Virus record (IMG/VR): IMGVR_UViG_3300035497_000313
Coordinates: 1 to 64,000 of that record
Reading direction: 5' to 3' (one strand)
DNA length: 64,000 nucleotides
DNA from: a virus
Lineage: Duplodnaviria > Caudoviricetes
Position 1 is the first letter of the stretch, and each line of letters opens with the position of its first letter. A program made the position numbers and the translations under genes. The notes under the pieces were generated by a model that saw only the letters and a program-made list of their open reading frames with translations, made no database searches and was not told the origin of the DNA. This document shows positions 48,242 to 57,102 of the stretch, piece by piece.

Positions 48242-49729
48242 TTATAATATATTTGTACCGTATATTGCTACAGGAACTATTAAATTGTTTTTTGACGTAC
48301 CGCCAGAAGTAGAATATTCATAACCACCCCATATGTATAATTCCGTAGATGACTTAATAGAAAATTGCCGTGTATACCATGTATTGCCACCTACCCATTG
48401 GTCAGATACACACATCATCATAGTTGTATATCCAGCAGTAGCATAGTTTGTGCCAACTCTAAACTTTTTCTGTAGAATCGTACAGTTTTTAGAACCCCTA
48501 TCACTATCTAAAATATATTCAATAACCAAATATTTAAAATCTGCAACAGAATGAGTTAATGATACTGATTGTGCTGAAAATTCATTAAGATTCCCATAAT
48601 CATTTTTATTACTATTTTCCCAAAGTATACCTGAGTCGACACCCAAGGTTGTTTTAACACCAGCGACATCAGTTGCTCCTGTACCACCATATTTTATAGG
48701 CAAAGTACCGTATACACCAAGTGTTACGTCTTTGGTTCCATCAAATGTAACTAGAGAAGTACTTGCTAAATTGACTGACATAGCCCTAGGATTATTTAAT
48801 CTTTCAGATGTGGCAACATACGTTATTTTAACATCTCCTGTACTACCATTAACTGACGTTACTGTATTTACTTGGGCACCTGAAGCTATACCATCTAATT
48901 TTGCTTTATCACTTGCTGACATTAAACCATCTGTTGACTGTGAAGCAGTACTGTATGTCGTATCAGTAAGACTAACAGTTGTGTTAGAACTTTGATTTGC
49001 TGAAAATGTTGCAACTTGAGTATTATTTTGCTTAATTGTTAATGTTCCATTATTAACAGTAGGAATTGTAGGTGTATCATTTAAATCTGAATAACTACCA
49101 CTCGATGCTACTGTTGCAAGCCCTAAGTTACTACGTGCCGTTGTAGCATCCGTTGCGCCTGTGCCACCTCGAGTTATAGGCAAAGTACCCGTTACACCGG
49201 GTGTTATGTTAATAGAACCGTCAAACGAAGATGCAGAAGTACTTCCTAAGTCAGTCTGTATAGTTCTGGAATTATATAATTTTGTTGCAGTAGAAGCATT
49301 TCCACTTATACTATTTCCCAATGTATTGTTACATTTAACAGGCACACCATCAGAACTAAAATAAACTGGATAAGTAGAAGAACCAACTGCACTAGATAAA
49401 TTAAGACTATCTGCTGTAGCAGCAGAACTAATATTAGTTGCCGTACCTGTAAGTCCTATACTTAATTTCTTAGTACTACTATTTTGAGATAATGTAACAG
49501 TCATACCATTTGATTTTGAACTGCCAACATCAATTAAATCAGTTCCAAGCTTTTTTGCTGTTACTACACCATCTTTAACAGAACTTGCTTCAGTAGCTGT
49601 GTCAGCATTACCTTTTAACGACCCAGTTATTGTTCCCCCTACCTCTAAATTATTTGCAATATAAGCATCGCCATCTGTTTTATTATCAGTATTTAGAACT
49701 TGTAATTTTTCTTTACCTGTATAAGACAT
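48242..49729 (-). CDS. Tail fibre protein
   Basis: GNADTAT, GTLPI..GGTGAT (x2), GLMSASDKAKLDGIA. Confidence 0.85.
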   Translation of the reverse strand: MSYTGKEKLQVLNTDNKTDGDAYIANNLEVGGTITGSLKGNADTATEASSVKDGVVTAKKLGTDLIDVGSSKSNGMTVTLSQNSSTKKLSIGLTGTATNISSAATADSLNLSSAVGSSTYPVYFSSDGVPVKCNNTLGNSISGNASTATKLYNSRTIQTDLGSTSASSFDGSINITPGVTGTLPITRGGTGATDATTARSNLGLATVASSGSYSDLNDTPTIPTVNNGTLTIKQNNTQVATFSANQSSNTTVSLTDTTYSTASQSTDGLMSASDKAKLDGIASGAQVNTVTSVNGSTGDVKITYVATSERLNNPRAMSVNLASTSLVTFDGTKDVTLGVYGTLPIKYGGTGATDVAGVKTTLGVDSGILWENSNKNDYGNLNEFSAQSVSLTHSVADFKYLVIEYILDSDRGSKNCTILQKKFRVGTNYATAGYTTMMMCVSDQWVGGNTWYTRQFSIKSSTELYIWGGYEYSTSGGTSKNNLIVPVAIYGTNIL

Positions 49730-49803
49730 TGTTTTTATCTTCCTTTATGTTTTTTCTACATTATAACACAATACCTTTCATTCTGTCTAATTTCATTCTA
49801 AAT

Positions 49804-49837
49804 AAAAAGTAGTTATAAATAATTATAACTACTTTTT
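49804..49837. terminator. Intrinsic terminator closing the RAMP-array transcript
   Basis: aaaaagtagttataa...ttataactacttttt perfect inverted repeat. Confidence 0.75.
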
Positions 49838-49856
49838 ACCTTGTTATTTCGTTCAA

Positions 49857-50527
49857 TGCCTATACGTTACAAAAATTAACTACACAATTCCAATACTATT
49901 CCGCACTTCACTCTGCGCTTCCTTTACGTAACCGAACGAAACTAAACGTCACATTTCCTTAACAATACCGTACTCTACTTCACAATACTAAGCCTACACT
50001 TATCAAAACCGTACACTACGAAACCTTTACATAACATCACGAAGCTGAACATAGCTTTTCCACGGCATTACTCAACGTTGCAATTCCTTAACTGCGCAAT
50101 TCATATCCATTACGATACTTAACTTGACAATTCCAATACAGAGCCAAACTAAACTTTACAGTTCCAACGCTTTTTGATACATCACTCTACATTTCCATTA
50201 CCTTACGACACTTTACTCAGCTTAGCCATTACCAAACTAAAACATACATTACCATTACTATACAATACGGCACTCGTCTTGACCATTACTTTACTGGACT
50301 TTACTTCGCATTTCTTTTACCATACATCTCCGAACGTAGCTTTCACAATACATAGCGTTTTATTACAGTACTGTACCGTTCCTATACTGGACTAAACTCA
50401 ACATTACCTTTACTTGGCTGTTCCATACTATTCCGTACCGCTACTTTACGATACTTCCCTTCACAACACCGCACCGTTGCTAGCCACAACGTAACTTAAC
50501 AGGACCGCCCAGCACAAAGCCTTTGCA
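49857..50527 (-). repeat. Non-coding array with 5-nt periodicity (transcript: NNN-GU pentamers), ~21 units mostly 21-36 nt delimited by GG
   Basis: Plus strand parses as cc-NNN-ac-NNN-ac-NNN..., e.g. cc att ac tat ac aat ac ggc ac tcg tc ttg a; unit lengths are 5n+1; no minus-strand ORF in the track. Confidence 0.85.
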
Positions 50528-51160
50528 TTATTTATCGTCTTTATTACCACCTACGGTATTACCATTTTCGTCTAATAATTCATATCGGAAGGACCCCTTT
50601 CCAGAGTTACGCCATTGTAAGAAACCATTATACCTACCATAATTAAGCCACTCTTTTACAAGTTCTTCAAGTGTATCATCTAATATTGTAATTCCAAATG
50701 TACAAGTAGAACCAGCATTTATTTCTTCACTTATTGCAATACTTATTCTTTCACCTTGCATTGTTTGTGCTCTTAATGGTCTTTGACATTCTGTAATTTC
50801 TGTAATATTTTCAATTTTATTTTTTCTATCGTCAATAAATACACATAAGTCTATTACTTTCTTATATGCTTTAATTGCTTTTGACTTACTACCTGTTGCC
50901 ATTCTCATTGCACTACAAGCTGACTTAAAGAAACCTTTAATTTGATAATCATAAATAAAAGGTGTACCATCTTCTAACTTAGGAAACCAAGTCTTTCCTT
51001 TTTCTACTACTTCGTCTACACCTACAGAAGCTACTTCATCTTCAATAGTGTTTGCATCGGGTGACTTACTTCCTATAAAGGAACGATAAATATCTTTATC
51101 ACCTGTTTGTGTTCCTAAAACTGATTGTGTAAATGTGATTTTTACTTTTAAATTTTTCAT
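50528..51160 (-). CDS. Solo Cas7/Csm3-like RAMP protein
   Basis: VKITFTQSVLG (beta1), GTPFIYDYQIKGFFKS (cf. Csm3 PYIPGSSLKG), EEINAGSTCTFGITI, C-terminal G-loop GFLQWRNSGKGSF. Confidence 0.7.
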   Translation of the reverse strand: MKNLKVKITFTQSVLGTQTGDKDIYRSFIGSKSPDANTIEDEVASVGVDEVVEKGKTWFPKLEDGTPFIYDYQIKGFFKSACSAMRMATGSKSKAIKAYKKVIDLCVFIDDRKNKIENITEITECQRPLRAQTMQGERISIAISEEINAGSTCTFGITILDDTLEELVKEWLNYGRYNGFLQWRNSGKGSFRYELLDENGNTVGGNKDDK

Positions 51161-51194
51161 AAATATTTTCTCCTGTTAGTTTAATTTTCTATTT

Positions 51195-51440
51195 TTAACC
51201 TGTTACGGTTATTTCTAATGTTTGTATTTGTTCTGCTAAATTTAAATGGTCTACTTCCCACTCAGTAAATGGTAAAACTTTTATATCTAGTACATTGTAT
51301 TTATCTATTTCTTCATTAAATAAAAGTTCTGGAATAAATCTTCCGAAAAAGATAGTTTCACCTGTATCTGTTACAATGTCTAGTTCTGTTTCATAATGTA
51401 CAAAAGTTAATAACATTCTTAACGATAATATATTTGTCAT
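51195..51440 (-). CDS. Hypothetical protein
   Basis: 81 aa, directly upstream of the RAMP gene, preceded by a TAGCATATAATA motif. Confidence 0.5.
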   Translation of the reverse strand: MTNILSLRMLLTFVHYETELDIVTDTGETIFFGRFIPELLFNEEIDKYNVLDIKVLPFTEWEVDHLNLAEQIQTLEITVTG

Positions 51441-51487
51441 TCTTTACCTCTACATCTATATTATATGCTACTTTAAGTAATTTTTGA

Positions 51488-51919
51488 TTAAACTTGCTTA
51501 AAATATTTCTCACCTAATTTTGTTGCCATTCCTTCAAACCATATACTATCATAAGATGGAAGTTGTTTACCTGTTTTATAATACTTATATTTTTTATACC
51601 AATTTCTATACCAATATCTTATTCCACTTGGTATACTAACTATAAATGGGAATATTGGTCCAAACATTAAATTCTGTATTCCGTGCCCAGCTTCGTGTTG
51701 ACGTATATGTAGTGTAGGATTTTTATTAACAATAAAAAATGGTCCTAATTCTAATCCACCCCAATTACTTCCAACTTCAAAATAAATATTGTAATGAAAT
51801 CTTTTTGGTTTATGACCTGTGATAATTAAAATAAGACACACAATTAAGCCTACAAGCGAAATTAATATTCCCCACGTAAAACTTATTAACCAATAACCAA
51901 TTCCTTTTAAAACACGCAT
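51488..51919 (-). CDS. Membrane protein with HExxH zincin-like motif
   Basis: N-terminal TM, QHEAGHG, WFEG. Confidence 0.6.
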   Translation of the reverse strand: MRVLKGIGYWLISFTWGILISLVGLIVCLILIITGHKPKRFHYNIYFEVGSNWGGLELGPFFIVNKNPTLHIRQHEAGHGIQNLMFGPIFPFIVSIPSGIRYWYRNWYKKYKYYKTGKQLPSYDSIWFEGMATKLGEKYFKQV

Positions 51920-51942
51920 TTTTAATCACTCCTTATCTATTT

Positions 51943-52377
51943 TTATTTTATACCTGAATCACTACAACCACAAACAAATTCATCTGATGAATAATGTCTA
52001 AATACCATATTTTCATCTTCTATCATATGTGGTTGTTTAAGCCATTCTATTTCTTTTTGTAGAGCTTCATCTCTACTACAATTTTTGCCTGAAAAATCTC
52101 CATACCAAAAATCAAATGGAGCAATCCAATTCTTATGTATTCTTGTTTTAGCATAATCTTCGATTGACAAATTTTTAAACCATTCAAAATTAGTTGTATC
52201 GTTTTTATGCTGTTCTAAATAATTATCAACTACCTTATGAAAAGTTAATTCAACTTGCTTACAATCTGTAACAGTAAATTCAATATTTAATCTTTGTATT
52301 GTACCTTCTATACAAAGTTGATTAAAATCAAATTCTATTGTTGCTGTAAAACCTTTATAATATAATTTATTATCCAT
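51943..52377 (-). CDS. HicB-like N-terminal domain protein
   Basis: YKGFTATIEFD...GTI...F...VELTFHKVVDNYLE. Confidence 0.5.
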   Translation of the reverse strand: MDNKLYYKGFTATIEFDFNQLCIEGTIQRLNIEFTVTDCKQVELTFHKVVDNYLEQHKNDTTNFEWFKNLSIEDYAKTRIHKNWIAPFDFWYGDFSGKNCSRDEALQKEIEWLKQPHMIEDENMVFRHYSSDEFVCGCSDSGIK

Positions 52378-52397
52378 TTTTATTACTCCTTACTACA

Positions 52398-52607
52398 TCA
52401 TAGATGTTTTGATTTATTATTTTTATATTCCTTAAAGCATCTATCGCATAAAAGTCTTCCATCTTTAACTTTATGCATATGTGCCCATTTTATTGCTTGT
52501 TGTACACTATGTACTCTTTCACTGTTATTATCTGGTATTACATCACCACAACCACATTCATCGCACTCAACGGTATACTGCACTAAATGATAAGCTGTTA
52601 CTGCCAT
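52398..52607 (-). CDS. Small Zn-finger protein
   Basis: CDECG...LCDRC. Confidence 0.6.
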   Translation of the reverse strand: MAVTAYHLVQYTVECDECGCGDVIPDNNSERVHSVQQAIKWAHMHKVKDGRLLCDRCFKEYKNNKSKHL

Positions 52608-52632
52608 AATTAATTCCTTCCTTTTAAATTAT

Positions 52633-52998
52633 TTATTTTATTACACAATTCTTATCATAATTAGGAATATCAAACTTAAATAAAAGTTGTTTATACCTAT
52701 CATAAATATTTACAGTATGATGTTGAACATCTTGAGTACGAGTTAAATTACTCGCACATTCATAACCTGCTATAAACCCTCGTACATTGCATATACTCTC
52801 TTTTTTAGTTAGATACTCAAAATTAACTAAATGAAAATCATTATTATAATAATCAACAATTTTATTGAGATACACCGAAACATTATTAAACTCCGCTAAA
52901 TTATCGAGGAGTTCAAAGACGTGTTTTGTCATATCATCAATCTCTAAATATTCTGTACCGTCTTCTTTTACTTTTTTCTTAAAATAAATTGTTTTCAC
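52633..52998 (-). CDS. Hypothetical protein
   Basis: GTG start supplied directly after the tnpB-end remnant. Confidence 0.55.
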   Translation of the reverse strand: MKTIYFKKKVKEDGTEYLEIDDMTKHVFELLDNLAEFNNVSVYLNKIVDYYNNDFHLVNFEYLTKKESICNVRGFIAGYECASNLTRTQDVQHHTVNIYDRYKQLLFKFDIPNYDKNCVIK

Positions 52999-53115
52999 GT
53001 TATTATTCTCCTTAAAAATTATTAAAATATTTATTAGAATATGTTTACTCTAACTGGGTTAAACGCAAACCCTCTACTAATTATTTGAAAAAATTCAAAA
53101 TTATCAGCTTCTTTT
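52996..53115 (-). mobile_element. Remnant of tnpB 3' end/right end (orphan omegaRNA-like copy)
   Basis: Similar to 36241-36370 (cacgttattat..ccttaaaaattattaaaat; taactgggttaaacgc.aaccctcta); encodes ...SRGFAFNPVRVNIF* vs TnpB ...NRGLAFNPVKINLF*. Confidence 0.8.
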
Positions 53116-53277
53116 TATAAAAAAATATTTAAATTTTATCGTTTATAATGAAAAATTTGTTTAATTTACATTATTTAAAATTTGCTTAATAAAATTTAAT
53201 TTTTTTAATATTATTTAATGTTTTGACATATTATAATAAAACACAAATTATAAATATTCCCATTATTTTTCCTCCAA

Positions 53278-53568
53278 TTAACGTATTCGTATGTATGTTT
53301 CTACATAATCTTGTGTCTCATAAAAGTCAAATTTTTCATTTGGATATTCTTCTTTTACATTTTGTGATAACTTTCTTTTCGCTTTTTCTAAGTTAGTAAA
53401 CCAAGTTTCACCATAATCGTCATACCACCATTCCCAAGAATCAGCACATCTTTTTCCTCCAAACGAACTTATAAAAAACGTTTTTTCACCTACAGCATAA
53501 ACAGTTTCTTTCAAGATATGTTCATTATGATAAATACAATATACTTTTCTACCTATTGACGGTTTCAT
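53278..53568 (-). CDS. Hypothetical protein
   Basis: 96-aa ORF. Confidence 0.55.
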   Translation of the reverse strand: MKPSIGRKVYCIYHNEHILKETVYAVGEKTFFISSFGGKRCADSWEWWYDDYGETWFTNLEKAKRKLSQNVKEEYPNEKFDFYETQDYVETYIRIR

Positions 53569-53744
53569 TCTTCACACCTCTGTTTTTCTATGTGTTCTGC
53601 AGAAAGCCACTTTTTTAAGCAGGTCATACAATAAGGTTCTGAGTTGCAATCATATAGCGAAATACGACTACATAAACTACTATTACCACAAACCTCAATA
53701 AATTCATCATCGGTTAAGCTATTTAACCATTCACGATTTGTCAT
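53565..53744 (-). CDS. 59-aa Cys-rich protein (not in track)
   Basis: MTNREWLNSLTDDEF...C..CLKKWL; GAGGAG SD behind a promoter. Confidence 0.55.
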   Translation of the reverse strand: MTNREWLNSLTDDEFIEVCGNSSLCSRISLYDCNSEPYCMTCLKKWLSAEHIEKQRCEE

Positions 53745-53772
53745 TTTAACTCTCCTCAGTTACTTATCTTGT

Positions 53773-53805
53773 TTATAGTATAACACTATAATAAATAAAT
53801 GTCAA
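53773..53805 (-). promoter_or_regulatory. Conserved promoter with palindrome over -10
   Basis: TTGACA-N17-TATACT; TTATAGT-N5-ACTATAA. Confidence 0.8.
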
Positions 53806-53824
53806 CTAAATTACAGAACATTTT

Positions 53825-54115
53825 TTATTTTTCTATACATAAAACTTCTTTAAGTTTTTTATCTACATCACTCATAATCATTTTATAAATTTGTTCTTGT
53901 CTTTCTTTTGGAGTTTTACATAACCATTTGTCTTTAAACTTTTTAACTTGCTTTCTGTAGTCTGCTTCTTCTGTATCACCAGACTTCCACCATTCTAATT
54001 CATATAATACATCACATAAGTCTAAAATTAATTCATTTAACTCAATGTCTTCCATTTTATCTTCATATGTATCTCTTATATCATTATATAAATAATCAAA
54101 TACTCCACCACTCAT
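53825..54115 (-). CDS. Phage hypothetical protein
   Basis: MSGG.FDY...LEWW.SGD. Confidence 0.6.
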   Translation of the reverse strand: MSGGVFDYLYNDIRDTYEDKMEDIELNELILDLCDVLYELEWWKSGDTEEADYRKQVKKFKDKWLCKTPKERQEQIYKMIMSDVDKKLKEVLCIEK

Positions 54116-54130
54116 TATTTATTTACTCCT

Positions 54131-54397
54131 TTAATTAATTAAATTATTATCCGTATTGTTATCTTTATTATCATTTTCATCAGTATCAGAAATTGTACTA
54201 TTTAAATTTTTAATTATTACCTGAAAGTATGTTATTATAAATTCCTGTACTTCTTTTATTGTTAAATCTCTTTCTACTTTTGATAAAGCTTTTACGGCAG
54301 AATTTATTGCATTTTGTATGTTGTCTATGGCACGTTCTGTAGCGTGTGATACACCCATTACGTAAGCATCAATTATATAATTAGTTATATTATCCAT
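54131..54397 (-). CDS. Hypothetical protein, paralog of 54922..55278
   Basis: AY.MG...VQE....F..II..L shared. Confidence 0.55.
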   Translation of the reverse strand: MDNITNYIIDAYVMGVSHATERAIDNIQNAINSAVKALSKVERDLTIKEVQEFIITYFQVIIKNLNSTISDTDENDNKDNNTDNNLIN

Positions 54398-54929
54398 TAT
54401 TATTGTCCTCTACACACGTCCAACTATTAGCTATTTTAGATAGCGTATGCTTCCATATTGTATTATAAACATAAAAATCTGTTACCTCTTTTGGTTCATC
54501 GTACAACTTAAAATTTGTTATTTCAACACCGTACAATAAAGAACTATTAGCTCCAAATTTATTTAATTCTTCTGCTGTCACTTGTCCTCCTCGTTCAAGT
54601 TCTAAGGGTTCTATTATTACTTTTATGCGATTACAAATAAATTCTCCAATTACTTTTCCATTAAGTAGTTTATAATTAGAATCTTCGTATACTCCAGTAA
54701 GCTTCGAATAAGAAGGTGTAAAAGAATAAATATTATTTGTAGGTGTAAATAAATAATGTTGTACTTTTCCTTCACTAGAATCTATTTCTAATTTTTTATT
54801 GCAATATAAATAACCTTTAAATGGAATATTTATTGAAGGTAAAGTTTTTGTTATTATTAATGACTTTTTATTTTCTATTATTAATTTACAATTATTTGCA
54901 TTTTGGGCAAATATAACTGCTTTATCCAT
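54390..54929 (-). CDS. ASCH/PUA-like domain protein (degenerate)
   Basis: NGKVIGEFIC, I.N.KLYD.PK shared with 55306..55944. Confidence 0.6.
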   Translation of the reverse strand: MDKAVIFAQNANNCKLIIENKKSLIITKTLPSINIPFKGYLYCNKKLEIDSSEGKVQHYLFTPTNNIYSFTPSYSKLTGVYEDSNYKLLNGKVIGEFICNRIKVIIEPLELERGGQVTAEELNKFGANSSLLYGVEITNFKLYDEPKEVTDFYVYNTIWKHTLSKIANSWTCVEDNNNG

Positions 54930-55278
54930 TTGTTTGCCTCTTAATCAGTTGTACAATATCCGACTGTGGTTCATAAACAGTACTAAATTCTTTTAGACCG
55001 TTTATTATACCTTTAAAAGTTTGGATAAAATACTCTTGTACCAATGCTGTAGTCCAATCTTCTTTTACGTTATTTAAAGTAGTTGGAATCTTATCGACAC
55101 ATTTTTGTACTAGGTCTATTACACAATCTACAGCATCTTTACCACCCATTTTATAAGCTGTATCTAATCTTTGTATTAATTGATTATCCGACTTAGGTGG
55201 TCTTGCATTTGAACCGTGCGTAGGTGGTGTAGTTGCTGTACTTTCCTTTGGTTGATAGCCTTGTTTATCTATATTCAT
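54922..55278 (-). CDS. Hypothetical protein
   Basis: 118-aa ORF. Confidence 0.55.
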   Translation of the reverse strand: MNIDKQGYQPKESTATTPPTHGSNARPPKSDNQLIQRLDTAYKMGGKDAVDCVIDLVQKCVDKIPTTLNNVKEDWTTALVQEYFIQTFKGIINGLKEFSTVYEPQSDIVQLIKRQTNG

Positions 55279-55305
55279 TATTTTTACCTTTAAATATTTC
55301 TTTTA

Positions 55306-55944
55306 TTATTCCTCTACATAACACCAACTTTGAGGCGGTTTCGTAAGTTTATTATTACACTTAACAATAGTATAAGTTTTACAATCTTCACTCCGTGCTC
55401 TCTCACACCAAGGTTCACATACTTCATTAGGATATTTACACGGCTTTTTAAACTCACTTAAATATTTTGGTTTATCATAGATTTTTAAGTTTGATATATG
55501 CCAAGCGTAAAAGGTCTTGAATCCGATGCCTATGTACTTTTTAAGTTCTTGATACGAAACGCAGGAGTGGGGGAATACAAAGTTTTCATAATCATCGCTT
55601 TCATTATCCCAAATCTTTTCAAAATCTTCCTCACCGTCTTCATCAAGAAAAATTCGTCTTATGTCCTCATAACAATCATTATTGCAAAATTCACTTTCGT
55701 ATCTGTCTATTCGGTCACAAATAAACTCGCCAATAACTTTGCCATTTGCAAAATAAGATATTTTTGTATCACGTAAATTTACAAAACACATCTTCATATC
55801 TTGTGTTGCTTTTGTGCAATAAATAAGCACTTTAAATGGAACTTCTATTGTTGGTTTAGTTTTTCTTATTTCGTTAGTCTTTTCACCGCATAACATCCCA
55901 CTACACCATTTAGGATGAATTGATAATAAAACTGCTTTACTCAT
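55306..55944 (-). CDS. ASCH/PUA-like domain protein
   Basis: AVLLSIHPKW...GEKTNEIRKTKP...GKVIGEF...AWHISNLKIYD.P...PPQSWCYV. Confidence 0.75.
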   Translation of the reverse strand: MSKAVLLSIHPKWCSGMLCGEKTNEIRKTKPTIEVPFKVLIYCTKATQDMKMCFVNLRDTKISYFANGKVIGEFICDRIDRYESEFCNNDCYEDIRRIFLDEDGEEDFEKIWDNESDDYENFVFPHSCVSYQELKKYIGIGFKTFYAWHISNLKIYDKPKYLSEFKKPCKYPNEVCEPWCERARSEDCKTYTIVKCNNKLTKPPQSWCYVEE

Positions 55945-55958
55945 TATTGTTATTCTCC

Positions 55959-56207
55959 TTATTCTTTTTCGCTTTCTCCTTTATAATTTTCAATAATTCT
56001 TATCTGACCCATCGCCAAATTATGTGGCTCTGAAATAACAGCTATTGAACCCTGGAGGTAATATCCAGTGGTGTCGGCTTGATACAAGACATCTTCTAAA
56101 TTATTATTTTTTACCCAATGCCAAAACTCGCCATCGAGTATAGATACCATATCGGCATATTTTGTTCTATGAGCAAGTATGTCCATTACATATTCAGGAA
56201 CTTTCAT
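55959..56207 (-). CDS. Hypothetical protein, tandem paralog of 56194..56448 (start MKVPEY)
   Basis: MKVP.Y..D.L..R...LDGEFW...NNL.DVLYQ.DT.G.Y shared. Confidence 0.6.
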   Translation of the reverse strand: MKVPEYVMDILAHRTKYADMVSILDGEFWHWVKNNNLEDVLYQADTTGYYLQGSIAVISEPHNLAMGQIRIIENYKGESEKE

Positions 56208-56448
56208 TTTCGTTTTCTCCTTTGTAATTCTCAATGATTTCAATTTGTCTATCAGATAACGTCTGTGGTTCTACAATTAATGCTATTGAATTGATGCAGT
56301 AAAATCCAGAAGTATCTTCTTGATATAGAACATCATCAAGATTGTTTTTCGACGCACATTCCCAAAATTCACCATCAAGGCGGCTTATAAGCTCACCAGC
56401 CTTTGCCCTACGGTAGAGCAGGTCTTTTATATATTTAGGCACTTTCAT
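56194..56448 (-). CDS. Hypothetical protein
   Basis: 84 aa; paralog pair. Confidence 0.6.
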   Translation of the reverse strand: MKVPKYIKDLLYRRAKAGELISRLDGEFWECASKNNLDDVLYQEDTSGFYCINSIALIVEPQTLSDRQIEIIENYKGENENESS

Positions 56449-56747
56449 TTTTGTTTCTCCTTAATATTTTTTTCAAGTTTATCCAAACAAGCAAAAAAGT
56501 CTAATTCAGAATGTTTGATTAAATCTAATGCAGTTTGGTATGCACTTGCTTGTCCGTTGTAATATGCAATTACTGCACTTTGCTCTGTCGTGGCTCCGTC
56601 ACAATATTTTTTAAGTAACCTACGTTGCTCACCTCTATAAACATCTCGAAGTTCGCCAATGAACTTTTCTAATTCCTGTATCGAAATATTTCCACCCTTT
56701 TCAAGCAACGCACGAAGCTTTAGTTCATAACTATCTATTTTGCTCAT
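56445..56747 (-). CDS. Hypothetical protein
   Basis: 100-aa ORF. Confidence 0.55.
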   Translation of the reverse strand: MSKIDSYELKLRALLEKGGNISIQELEKFIGELRDVYRGEQRRLLKKYCDGATTEQSAVIAYYNGQASAYQTALDLIKHSELDFFACLDKLEKNIKEKQK

Positions 56748-57102
56748 TATGGTTCTCCTGTAATCTTTCGAAGTAAAATACCACCTTATGAGGCGTTGGT
56801 GTTACTAAGCCATACCTTACTGCGTTCTTGTATGTAACACTATCTCTTATTAGTACAGCTGGAAATTTCTCCACAGCACTTCTAAATCGTTCAAGTGTCA
56901 TTGTTGACTTATAATGGTTGCAACTTCGGCAGGAGGGGAGCATATTGCTTAACTCATCTGCACCATTGTGGTGTTCAAGTGAGACAATGTGGTCAACTTG
57001 CATCTCTTTGAATGTTATTTCAATACCACAATATGCACAATGTCCGTTGCACTTGCTATAGATTTGTTCTCGTTCTTTACTCTTTAACTTACGTCTATTC
57101 AT
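56731..57102 (-). CDS. HNH endonuclease (start corrected to MNRRKL)
   Basis: CAYCG...VDHIVS...NMLPSCRSCNHYK. Confidence 0.85.
   Translation of the reverse strand: MNRRKLKSKEREQIYSKCNGHCAYCGIEITFKEMQVDHIVSLEHHNGADELSNMLPSCRSCNHYKSTMTLERFRSAVEKFPAVLIRDSVTYKNAVRYGLVTPTPHKVVFYFERLQENHNEQNR

Noticed and set aside
44494-49729. Diversity-generating retroelement or invertase shufflon acting on tail fibres
   Set aside because: No reverse transcriptase, TR/VR pair, recombinase or inverted cassettes seen in the window.
49857-50527. Canonical CRISPR array or protein-coding repeat (including + strand ORF 50174..50395)
   Set aside because: No identical 25-40 nt direct repeats with spacers; the period is 5, not 3; the ATG after the RAMP stop closes after 10 codons; the + ORF opposes the genome-wide orientation.
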